26,033 nt of DNA from positions 1 through 26,033 of the forward strand of contig CAXXMU010000012.1 of the NCBI GenBank assembly GCA_963667785.2, in the 5' to 3' direction. The notes beneath the pieces are model-generated. The model had not been told where the DNA came from, made no database searches, and worked only from the letters and a program-made list of their open reading frames with translations. The stretch comes from Alphaproteobacteria bacterium. GTDB lineage: Bacteria > Pseudomonadota > Alphaproteobacteria > UBA828. The first letter of the stretch is position 1; every line of letters begins with the position of its first letter. The position numbers and the translations under genes were made by a program. This document shows positions 1 to 8,086 of this stretch, one piece after another.

Positions 1-631
1 CATCCACGCCGAGCGCGTCCGCCTCCCGCCGGTCGATCGGCTTCTTCTTGGCCTTCATGATGTTGGGGAGCGAGGCATAGCGCGGCTCGTTCAGTCTGAG
101 GTCGGTGGTGACCACCGCCGGCAGGTTGATGTTGATGGTCTCGAGCCCGCCGTCGATCTCGCGGGTCACGTCGGCCGTTCCGTCCTTGAACACGATCTCG
201 GAGGCGAAGGTCGCCTGCGGCCAGCCGAGCAACGCCGCCAGCATCTGCCCGGTCTGGTTGCTGTCGTCGTCGATGGCCTGCTTGCCGAGGATGACGAGGC
301 CGGGCTGCTCCTCGTCCGCGATCACCTTGAGCAGCCGCGCCACGGCAAGGGGCTGCAGCTCCTCTTCGGTCACGATGTGGACGGCGCGGTCGGCACCCAT
401 GGCGAGCGCGGTGCGCAGCGTCTCCTGCACCTTGTCGGCGCCTGCGGAGACGGCGACCACCTCCTCGGCGTTGCCGGCCTCCTTCATCCGCACGGCTTCC
501 TCGACGGCGATCTCGCAAAAGGGGTTCATCGCCATCTTGACGTTCGCGGTCTCGACCCCGGACTGGTCGGATTTCACCCGCACCTTCACGTTGGGATCGA
601 TCGTGCGTTTGACCGCAACCAGAACCTTCAT
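1..631 (-). CDS. etfB: Electron transfer flavoprotein beta subunit (partial; 3' end lies beyond the left edge)
   Basis: Not in the ORF track. Manual translation from ATG at 631 gives [48 protein letters not shown]...[31 protein letters not shown]...[22 protein letters not shown], the classic EtfB pattern. Alternative ATG at 637. Confidence 0.96.
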   Translation of the reverse strand, partial: MKVLVAVKRTIDPNVKVRVKSDQSGVETANVKMAMNPFCEIAVEEAVRMKEAGNAEEVVAVSAGADKVQETLRTALAMGADRAVHIVTEEELQPLAVARLLKVIADEEQPGLVILGKQAIDDDSNQTGQMLAALLGWPQATFASEIVFKDGTADVTREIDGGLETININLPAVVTTDLRLNEPRYASLPNIMKAKKKPIDRREADALGVD

Positions 632-701
632 CGGCATTCCCGCTGGGCGTATGGACTAGGCCACCCGCGCGTCCGTGCGGACCTTCCGCCGCGCGCGCCG
701 C

Positions 702-730
702 ACACTATGACCGGCCCGAAAGGCTGTCAA
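702..730 (-). promoter_or_regulatory. Sigma70-type promoter for etfB
   Basis: Minus strand TTGACA (730-725), 17 bp spacer, TAGTGT (707-702), about 70 bp upstream of the etfB start. Confidence 0.65.
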
Positions 731-854
731 CGCTGGTACCCCGCCAGCACCCCCGGTAAAGCGCCTCGCTGGACGGTGCCATCGCCCGCGCGTAGAAATG
801 ACGTCGTTCCGCCGGTGCCGGCGGGGCCGGCACGCTTGGGCGAGGGAGGCGTCG

Positions 855-1796
855 TTGTCGATCGCCGTCGGATTGGGACTCAACGCATTCCCGTTCTCGG
901 GCGCACGCGCCTTCTGGCGCTGGGTCGACCTCTGCGAGGAGGGCGGGGTCGATTCCCTCTGGCAGACCGACCGCCTCGTCTCGGACGAGCCCTTCCTCGA
1001 GGTGATGAGCGTGATGGCGGCGCTCGCCGGCCGGACCGAGCGCATCAAGTTCGGTATGAACGTCGCCTCGGTCGGCCTGCGCGATCCCCTGCTGCTCGCC
1101 AAGCAGTGCGCCACCATCGACGTGCTGAGCGACGGCCGCCTGCTGCCGGCCTTCGGCATCGGCGCGATCCGCGCGCCGGACTGGGCGGCGACCGGCACGG
1201 AGACGGCGGGCCGGGGCCGGCGCACCGACGAGGGGCTGGAGTTGATCGCCCGGCTCTGGGTCGAGGACTCGGTCGATTTCGAGGGCGAGTTCTATCGTTA
1301 CACCGGCGCCAGGATCGAGCCCAAGCCGGTGCAGAAGGCGCTGCCGCTCTGGCTCGGCGGCTCGAGCAGGCCGGCGATCCGGCGGACGGCGCGCTTCGGC
1401 ACCGGCTGGGTGGCCGGGCTGGAGACGCCGGCGCAGGTGGCGCCCGCCATCGCCGGGATCAAGGAAGCGCTCAAGGAGACCGGGCGGCGCATCGACGCGG
1501 ACCATTACGGCGCGAGCTTCCACTTCCGGTTCGGCGGCTGGGACGAGCCGCTCATGCAGCGGATGGCCGAGAACTACGCGGCACGCTTCCAGCGCGATCC
1601 CAGGGGCGGCATCGTCGCCGGAGACGCAGAAGACATCATGCAGCGGATCGAGGACTTCGTCGCGGCCGGCGTCTCGAAGTTCGTGGCGTGGCCGATCGGC
1701 AGCGACGACGATGACGTTCTGGACCAGACGCGCCGGCTGATCGCCGAGGTGCAGCCGGAGGTCGAAGCGCTGAACCACCGGGCAAGCGCCGCGTGA
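855..1796 (+). CDS. LLM-class (luciferase-like) flavin-dependent oxidoreductase
   Basis: Motifs DSLWQTDRL, MAALAGRTERIKFG, LAKQCATIDVLSDGRL, PKPVQKALPLWLGG, AIRRTARFGTGW. TTG start at 855 follows GGGAGG (844-849); the ORF track starts at 798. Confidence 0.9.
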   Translation: MSIAVGLGLNAFPFSGARAFWRWVDLCEEGGVDSLWQTDRLVSDEPFLEVMSVMAALAGRTERIKFGMNVASVGLRDPLLLAKQCATIDVLSDGRLLPAFGIGAIRAPDWAATGTETAGRGRRTDEGLELIARLWVEDSVDFEGEFYRYTGARIEPKPVQKALPLWLGGSSRPAIRRTARFGTGWVAGLETPAQVAPAIAGIKEALKETGRRIDADHYGASFHFRFGGWDEPLMQRMAENYAARFQRDPRGGIVAGDAEDIMQRIEDFVAAGVSKFVAWPIGSDDDDVLDQTRRLIAEVQPEVEALNHRASAA

Positions 1797-1803
1797 GGGC
1801 ATC

Positions 1804-2598
1804 GTGACGCCAGACGCCATCGACCGGGCGGTCGCGCTCTACGCCGGCGCCCGCGACCGGCAGCGGCGGATCGACGCCCTGCCCCGCGACTGCCGGCCCG
1901 CCACGCTCGACGACGCCTACGCGGTTCAGGCTGCGCTCAACGCGCGCCTCGCCGCAACCCACGGCGCCGTCTGCGGCCGCAAGATCGGCTGCACCACGCC
2001 GGTGATGCAGCGCTACCTGGAGATCGCCCATCCCTGCGCCGGCGCGCTCTACGAGAGGCGGACGTACGCTGCGCCCGCGACGGTCGCCTATGCCGACCAC
2101 TGGCGGCCGGGGGTCGAGTGCGAGATCGCGGTGAGGTTGGGCGAAGCGCTGCCGGCCGCCGCCGCGCCCTTCGACCGCGCCACCGTCGCGGCGGCCGTCG
2201 AGGCCTGCATGGCGGCCATCGAGATCGTGGACGACCGCTACGAGAATTTTCGCGGCCTCGACACGCCGTCACTGATTGCCGACGACTTCTTCAGCGCCGG
2301 CGCCGTGCTCGGCCCGCCGGTCACCGCGTGGCGGGGAATCGACCTCGCGGCAGCGGGGGGCACCATGGCGATCAACGGCGCAGCCGTGGGCGCCGGCAGC
2401 GGGGCCGACGTGATGGGCCACCCCTTCGAGGCGCTGACCTGGCTCGCGAACCACGCCGCCGCGAGCGGACACCCCCTCCAAGCCGGCGACGTGGTGTTGA
2501 CCGGCAGCGTGGTCGAGACCAAGTGGGTCGAGCCCGGCGATACGGTCTCGGTCGCCGTCGAGGGGCTCGGCGAGGCCGGCGTCACGTTCGCGCGATGA
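1804..2598 (+). CDS. Fumarylacetoacetate hydrolase family, 2-keto-4-pentenoate hydratase-like protein
   Basis: Motifs DAYAVQ, GRKIGCT, VECEIAV, AIEIVDDR, MGHPFEALTWLAN, GDVVLTGS. Starts 7 bp after the LLM stop. Confidence 0.88.
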   Translation: MTPDAIDRAVALYAGARDRQRRIDALPRDCRPATLDDAYAVQAALNARLAATHGAVCGRKIGCTTPVMQRYLEIAHPCAGALYERRTYAAPATVAYADHWRPGVECEIAVRLGEALPAAAAPFDRATVAAAVEACMAAIEIVDDRYENFRGLDTPSLIADDFFSAGAVLGPPVTAWRGIDLAAAGGTMAINGAAVGAGSGADVMGHPFEALTWLANHAAASGHPLQAGDVVLTGSVVETKWVEPGDTVSVAVEGLGEAGVTFAR

Positions 2599-2627
2599 GC
2601 GTCGCGCCGCACACGGCGCGCTGCATG

Positions 2628-2659
2628 GCATAGCACGGCGCGTGCATAGCACGGCGCGT
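2628..2659 (+). repeat. Perfect 16-bp tandem duplication GCATAGCACGGCGCGT x2
   Basis: Copies at 2628-2643 and 2644-2659. The core CACGGCGCG occurs a third time at 2612-2620. Confidence 0.9.
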
Positions 2660-2687
2660 TGACAGGGGCGCCGGGAAGGTCCTGAAT
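2659..2687 (+). promoter_or_regulatory. Candidate sigma70 promoter for the polyamine ABC operon
   Basis: Perfect TTGACA at 2659-2664, but only a weak -10 (CTGAAT at 2682-2687, 17 bp spacing). Confidence 0.4.
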
Positions 2688-2743
2688 CCTCCCATCGCCA
2701 TCACGGCCCGCCGCACGAGGCCGGGCAAGAGAGGACGAATCCC

Positions 2744-3841
2744 ATGACCAAGCTGCCGCTGACCGCCGGCGCCGCCGCTGCGGCGCTCCTGGCTGCGACC
2801 ACGGCCTTCGCCGAGGAGGAGGCCGTCGTCAACGTCTACAACTGGTCGGACTACATCGATGAGGACATCCTCACCGAGTTCGAGGCCGAGACCGGGATCA
2901 AGGTCGTCTACGACGTCTTCGATTCCAACAACATCCTGGAGACCAAGCTGCTCACCGGCAGCACCGGCTACGACGTGGTGGTGCCGAGCGGGACCTTCCT
3001 CGCGCGCCAGATCCAGGCCGGCATCTTCCAGCCCCTCGACAAGGGCAAGCTCGCCAACATCGGCAACCTGGACGAGACCATCATGTCGGTCGTGAGCCAG
3101 TGGGACCCGGGCAACCAGTACGCCATCAATTACATGTGGGGCACCACGGGCTTCGGCTACAACATCGACAAGATCGCCGAGCGCGCGCCCGACGCCGTCA
3201 CCAGCTCCTGGGGAATGCTCTTCGACCCCGACGTGGTCTCTCAGTTCGCCGATTGCGGGGTCTACATGATGGACGAGCCGGACGAGGTGGTCCCGGCCGT
3301 GCTCAACTACATCGGCGAGGACCCCAACAGCCACGACACCGACGTGATCGCCAAGGTCGAGCCGGTGATGCTGGCGATCCGGCCGCACATCCGCCGCTTC
3401 CACAACTCGGCCCAGATCAACGATCTCGCCAACGGCGACATCTGCCTCACCATGGGCTGGTCGGGCGACATGCTGCAGGCCCGCGACCGCGCCTGGGAGG
3501 CCGAGAACAACGTCGAGATCGCCTACGTGATCCCGGACGAGGGCGCGCTGTCGTGGTTCGACATGATGGCGATTCCGGCGGACGCCCCGCATCCCGGCAA
3601 CGCGCACACGTTCCTCGACTACATCCTGCGGCCCGAGGTGATTGCGAAGGCGTCCAACTACGTCTACTACGCCAACGGCAACGCCGCCTCGACGCCGCTG
3701 CTGGACGCGGAGATCACCGAGGATCCCGGCATCTACCCGACCGAGGAGGCGCGGAAGGGGCTCTACGTGACGAACCCCTATCCGCAGAAGGTGCAGCGCT
3801 TCATCACGCGGATGTGGACCCGGATCAAGGGCGCGGAATAG
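2744..3841 (+). CDS. potF: Polyamine (putrescine) ABC transporter substrate-binding protein, PotF/PotD family
   Basis: Sec signal peptide (…TTAFA), VNVYNWSDYI, TGIKVVYDVFDSN, GSTGYDVVVPS, YMWGTTG, GWSGD, WFDMMAIPADA. GAGGA RBS upstream. Confidence 0.93.
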   Translation: MTKLPLTAGAAAAALLAATTAFAEEEAVVNVYNWSDYIDEDILTEFEAETGIKVVYDVFDSNNILETKLLTGSTGYDVVVPSGTFLARQIQAGIFQPLDKGKLANIGNLDETIMSVVSQWDPGNQYAINYMWGTTGFGYNIDKIAERAPDAVTSSWGMLFDPDVVSQFADCGVYMMDEPDEVVPAVLNYIGEDPNSHDTDVIAKVEPVMLAIRPHIRRFHNSAQINDLANGDICLTMGWSGDMLQARDRAWEAENNVEIAYVIPDEGALSWFDMMAIPADAPHPGNAHTFLDYILRPEVIAKASNYVYYANGNAASTPLLDAEITEDPGIYPTEEARKGLYVTNPYPQKVQRFITRMWTRIKGAE

Positions 3842-3884
3842 GCACGACGCACGCACCGCACGGGCGCACGCGGACGCGGCGCTC

Positions 3885-5031
3885 GTGAGTCTGCCGAAAG
3901 ACGCCGGGGGGGAGGCGCCGCTCGCCCCCGGCAACGGCGGCGCCTTCCTCCGCATCGAGGGCGTGAGCAAGCGCTTCGGCAGCGTCACCGCCGTCGACGA
4001 CGTCTCCCTCGACATCGGGCGGGGCGAGTTCTTCGCCCTGCTCGGCCCGTCCGGCTGCGGCAAAACCACGCTGCTCCGCATGCTCGCGGGCTTCGAGACG
4101 CCGAGCGCGGGCGCCCTCCTGCTCGACGGCATGGACCTCGCCGCGCTGCCGCCCTACCGGCGGCCGGTCAACATGATGTTCCAGTCCTACGCGCTCTTCC
4201 CCCACATGAGCGTCGCCGGCAACGTCGCCTTCGGACTGCGCCAGGACCGGGTGCCGAGGGCCGAGATCGCGACGCGGGTGGCCGACGCGCTGGCGCTGGT
4301 GGAATTGTCTCCGCTCGCGCGCCGCAAGCCGCACCAGCTCTCCGGCGGCCAGCGCCAGCGGGTGGCGCTCGCCCGCAGCCTGGTCAAGCGGCCCAAGCTG
4401 CTGCTGCTCGACGAGCCCCTGGCCGCGCTCGACAAGAAGCTTCGCGAGCAGACCCAGTTCGAGCTCATGGCGATCCAGCAGCGCGTCGGCATCACCTTCG
4501 TGATCGTGACCCACGATCAGGACGAGGCCATGACCGTGGCCGACCGCATCGCCGTGATGGACAGGGGCCGCATCGCCCAGGTGGACACGCCGTCCGCGAT
4601 CTACGAGGCGCCGTGCTCGCGCTACGTGGCCGAGTTCATCGGCGACGTGAACGTGTTCGAGGGGCGGGCCGGGGCTCCGAACGGCAATGACATCGTGGTC
4701 GATCAGGCCGACGCGCCGGCGGGGCTCGCGGCACCGGCCCCGCGCCGACGGGCCTGCGGCGGGCGATCCCGTGCTGCTGGCGGTGCGGCCGGAGAAGATC
4801 GAGATCGCGCCCGGGCCGGCTCCGCCCGGCGCGGCGAACGCGATGGCGGGCGAAGTGACCGAGATCGCCTACCTCGGCAGCACGTCGACCTACCGGGTGC
4901 GCCTCGACAGCGGCAAGATGGTGGTCTCGACCCAGACCAACCGCCTCGGCCAGGCCGGCGGGACCATCGACCGGGGCGCCCGCGTCCACCTCACCTGGCC
5001 GGTCGAGGCGAGCATCCTGCTCCGCTCATGA
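3885..5031 (+). CDS. potG: Polyamine ABC transporter ATP-binding subunit, frameshifted near 4738-4743
   Basis: Walker A GPSGCGKT, LSGGQRQR, LLLLDEP in the 3885 frame. The TOBE-type C-terminus (LAVRPEKI…GEVTEIAYLG…VHLTW) is in the +1 frame (ORF 4687-5031) and ends at a TGA overlapping the potH ATG (ATGA, 5028-5031). Confidence 0.88.
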
Positions 5032-5957
5032 ACGGCGGCCACGAGCGCCGCACGCCCACAGGCGCAGGCCGGCGGTGGCTCGGGCGCGGCTCGGTGATCG
5101 CGAGCCCCTATCTCTGGCTGCTGCTCTTCTTCCTCGTGCCCTTCGCCATCGTGCTCAAGATCAGCGTGGCCGAGGTCCAGCTCGCGATCCCGCCCTACAC
5201 GCCGCTCTTCGCCTGGCCGGACGGCGGCTCCCTCGAGCTATTCGCGGTCGGCGACAACTACCGGCTCCTGATCGAAGACAGCCTCTACATCCGCGCCTAC
5301 GCCAACAGCCTCAAGATCGCGGCAATCTCGACCGCGCTGGCACTGCTGGTGGGCTTCCCCGTCGCCTATGCCATGGCCCGTGCGCCCCGCGCCTGGCAGG
5401 CGACGCTGGTGATGCTGGTGATCCTGCCGTTCTGGACCTCCTTCCTGATCCGGGTTTACGCCTGGATCGGCATCCTCAAGAACGAGGGGATGCTCAACGG
5501 GATCTTGCGCTGGATCGGCGTGATCGACCAGCCGCTGATCATCCTCAACACCGACATCGCGGTCTACATCGGCATCGTCTACTCGTACCTGCCGTTCATG
5601 GTCCTGCCGCTCTACGCCAACCTGGTGCGGATGGACCGCTCGCTGCTGGAGGCCGCGGCCGACCTCGGCTGCCGCCCGGCCGGCGCCTTCTGGAAGATCA
5701 CCGTGCCGCTGGCGCGGCCCGGCATCGTCGCCGGGTGCTTCCTGGTGTTCATTCCGGCCGTCGGCGAGTTCGTGATCCCCGACCTGCTGGGCGGCTCCGG
5801 CACGCTCATGATCGGGCGGATACTCTGGACCGAGTTCTTCAGCAACCGCGACTGGCCGGTGGCGTCCGCAGTCGCCGTGATCCTGCTGCTGGTGCTGATC
5901 GTGCCCATCGTGCTGTTCCAGCGCCACCAGCAGCGCCAGCGGGAAGCGGACGCGTAA
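5028..5957 (+). CDS. potH: Polyamine ABC transporter permease (PotH/PotB)
   Basis: C-terminal part of ORF 3885-5957: PYLWLLLFFLVPF, VILPFWTSFLIRVYAW, EAA loop SLLEAAADLG, EFFSNRDWPVASA. ATGA overlap with potG. Confidence 0.92.
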   Translation: MNGGHERRTPTGAGRRWLGRGSVIASPYLWLLLFFLVPFAIVLKISVAEVQLAIPPYTPLFAWPDGGSLELFAVGDNYRLLIEDSLYIRAYANSLKIAAISTALALLVGFPVAYAMARAPRAWQATLVMLVILPFWTSFLIRVYAWIGILKNEGMLNGILRWIGVIDQPLIILNTDIAVYIGIVYSYLPFMVLPLYANLVRMDRSLLEAAADLGCRPAGAFWKITVPLARPGIVAGCFLVFIPAVGEFVIPDLLGGSGTLMIGRILWTEFFSNRDWPVASAVAVILLLVLIVPIVLFQRHQQRQREADA

Positions 5958-6772
5958 TGCGGCGGGGCTTGAGCGGGATCAACCTGGCGGCGCTCACTTT
6001 GGGCTTCGCCTTCCTCTACATCCCGATCCTTCTGCTCATCGTCTATTCCTTCAACGAGTCGAAGCTCGTGACCGTCTGGGCCGGGTTCTCCACCAAGTGG
6101 TACGTCGCCATGGTGGAGAACGAGTTGCTGCTCGACGCGGCCTGGATGACGCTCCGGGTCGCCTTCATCTCGTCCACCGTGGCGCTGGTGCTCGGCACCC
6201 TGGCAGGCATCGCGCTGGCCCGGCTCGGGCGCTTCCCCGGCCGCACGCTCTTCTCAGGCATGGTCTACGCGCCGCTGGTCATGCCCGAGGTCATCACCGG
6301 GCTCTCGATGCTGCTTCTCTTCGTCGCGCTCTCCTGGGCGCGGGGCTACTGGACCGTGACGGTGGCGCACATCACCTTCTCGATGGCCTACGTGGCGGTG
6401 GTGGTACAATCCCGGCTGCTGACCATGGACCGCTCGCTGGAAGAAGCGGCGATGGATTTGGGGGCACCGCCGGTCAAGACCTTCTTCGCGGTCACGCTGC
6501 CCGTCATCAGCCCGGCGCTGGTCGCCGGCTGGCTGCTGGCGTTCACGCTCTCGCTCGACGATCTCGTGATCGCATCGTTCACTAGCGGCCCCGGCTCGAC
6601 CACGCTGCCGATGAAGATCTATTCGCAAGTACGCCTCGGCGTGACGCCGGAGATCAACGCCGTTTCCACGGTGCTGGTGGGGATCGTCGCCACCGGCGTG
6701 ATCGCGGCCAGCCTCGTCAACAAGCGCGCCATGGTGATCCGCGAGCGGGAGGCACAGGCGGCCGAGCCGTAG
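5957..6772 (+). CDS. potI: Polyamine ABC transporter permease (PotI/PotC)
   Basis: FLYIPILLLIVYSFNESKLVTVWAGFSTKWY, PLVMPEVITG, SLEEAAMDLGA, TPEINA. TAATG overlap with the potH stop. Confidence 0.92.
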   Translation: MRRGLSGINLAALTLGFAFLYIPILLLIVYSFNESKLVTVWAGFSTKWYVAMVENELLLDAAWMTLRVAFISSTVALVLGTLAGIALARLGRFPGRTLFSGMVYAPLVMPEVITGLSMLLLFVALSWARGYWTVTVAHITFSMAYVAVVVQSRLLTMDRSLEEAAMDLGAPPVKTFFAVTLPVISPALVAGWLLAFTLSLDDLVIASFTSGPGSTTLPMKIYSQVRLGVTPEINAVSTVLVGIVATGVIAASLVNKRAMVIREREAQAAEP

Positions 6773-6775
6773 TTC

Positions 6776-8086
6776 TTACAGCCGGTCGCGCAGCGCGCCA
6801 TAGGCGAGCGCGAGCGCGAGCGTCGGCCAGCGCAGAAACCGACCGCCGGGGAAGGGCGGCTGCGGTAGCCGCGCGAAGACATCGAAGCGTTCGAGGGTGC
6901 CCGAGATCGCTTCGGCGATGAGCGCGCCGCCGAGCGTCGCCAGCGCCACGCCGTGGCCGGAGTACCCCTGCCCGTAGTAGAGCCCGCCCTCGAGCCGGCC
7001 GATGCTGGGCATGCGGGAGCGCGTGATGGCGAGCGTCCCGCCCCAGACATGGTCGATGCCGACGTCCGCGAGCTGGGGGAAGATGCGAAGCATGCAGCGC
7101 CGCACCAACGGGCCGGGATCGGCGGGGAGGCGGCTGCTCGCCGTCTCGCCGCCGCCGAAAAGCAGCCGGCCGTCCGCCGAGAGCCGGAAGTAGTTCACCA
7201 CGAAGCGGGTATCGACGACGGCGACGTCGTTCGGGATCAGGGCGCGGGCGCGTTCGGCGCCCAACGGCTCCGTCGCGAGGATGAAGTTGTTGATCGGCAT
7301 CGCGCGTCTGCCGATGCCGGGGTCCAGCGTATCGAGATAGCCGTTGCAGGCGAGCACGACCGCGTCGGCCGTGACCGTGTGCGGCCCGGCCTCGACCCTG
7401 CAGGGCGCGCCCGGTGCGAGGCCGGTGACGGGCGTCCCCTCGTGGATGTCGACCCCTGCCTCTGTCGCCGCGCGGGCGAGGCCCCGCGCGTAGTCGAGCG
7501 GGTGAAGGTGGCCGGCGCCCCGGTCCGTGAGACCGCCCCAGAAACCCTCGCAGGCCACCTCGGCACGCAGCGCAGCGCGGTCGAGCACGTCCACTTCGCC
7601 GTAGCCGTAGCGCTCACGGAGATGCGCGGCCTCGCGGGCCAGCGCGCGCGCGCGGCGCGGCCGATGCGCGGCGATGGCGATGCCGGGCTTCAGGTCGCAC
7701 GCGATCCCGTGGCGGGCGATGCGGCTGCGGACCAGCGCCTTCGCCTCCTCAGCCAGCGACCAGAGGAGCCGCGCCCGCTCGTTGCCGAGCTCCCGCTCCA
7801 GGGTGAACTGATCGCGCCGGTGGCCGCTGCCGAGCTGGCCGCCGTTGCGGCCGGAGGCGCCGTTGCCGATGCGCCGTGCCTCAAGCAGGAGCGTGGCGTA
7901 GCCGCGCTCGGCGAGATGAAGCGCGCAGGAGAGCCCGGTGTAGCCGCCGCCGATGACGCAGACATCCACGCGCCTGCCGCCGTCGAGCGCGGGCCAGGCG
8001 GGGCTCGTCCTTGCGCTCGCCTCGTACCAGGTGGGCGCGGCGCCGTCGTGCTGCGCGTAGCGCCCGGCGCTTGCCGCCCGCTCCAT
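6776..8086 (-). CDS. puuB: FAD-dependent oxidoreductase, gamma-glutamylputrescine oxidase (PuuB/OrdL) family
   Basis: DVCVIGGGYTGLS, GASGRNGGQ, HLHPLDY, NYFRLSADGRLLFGG, QGYSGHGV. TGATG overlap with the upstream gene; alternative GTG start at 8089. Confidence 0.85.
   Translation of the reverse strand: MERAASAGRYAQHDGAAPTWYEASARTSPAWPALDGGRRVDVCVIGGGYTGLSCALHLAERGYATLLLEARRIGNGASGRNGGQLGSGHRRDQFTLERELGNERARLLWSLAEEAKALVRSRIARHGIACDLKPGIAIAAHRPRRARALAREAAHLRERYGYGEVDVLDRAALRAEVACEGFWGGLTDRGAGHLHPLDYARGLARAATEAGVDIHEGTPVTGLAPGAPCRVEAGPHTVTADAVVLACNGYLDTLDPGIGRRAMPINNFILATEPLGAERARALIPNDVAVVDTRFVVNYFRLSADGRLLFGGGETASSRLPADPGPLVRRCMLRIFPQLADVGIDHVWGGTLAITRSRMPSIGRLEGGLYYGQGYSGHGVALATLGGALIAEAISGTLERFDVFARLPQPPFPGGRFLRWPTLALALAYGALRDRL

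Noticed and set aside
105-659. 184-aa plus-strand ORF
   Set aside because: Antisense shadow of etfB; Ser/Thr/Ala-rich with no family motif.
377-1820. Long ORFs 377-1714 (+) and 705-1820 (-)
   Set aside because: Off-frame or antisense shadows of etfB and the LLM gene, as expected from stop-codon scarcity at high GC.
5075-5956. N-terminal 294 aa of the 565-aa ORF 5075-6772
   Set aside because: Off-frame read of potH; potI starts at the TAATG overlap at 5957.
3885-5957. 690-aa ORF as an evolved ATPase-permease fusion
   Set aside because: The linker is off-frame sequence. The real potG tail is intact in the +1 frame with a normal ATGA overlap.
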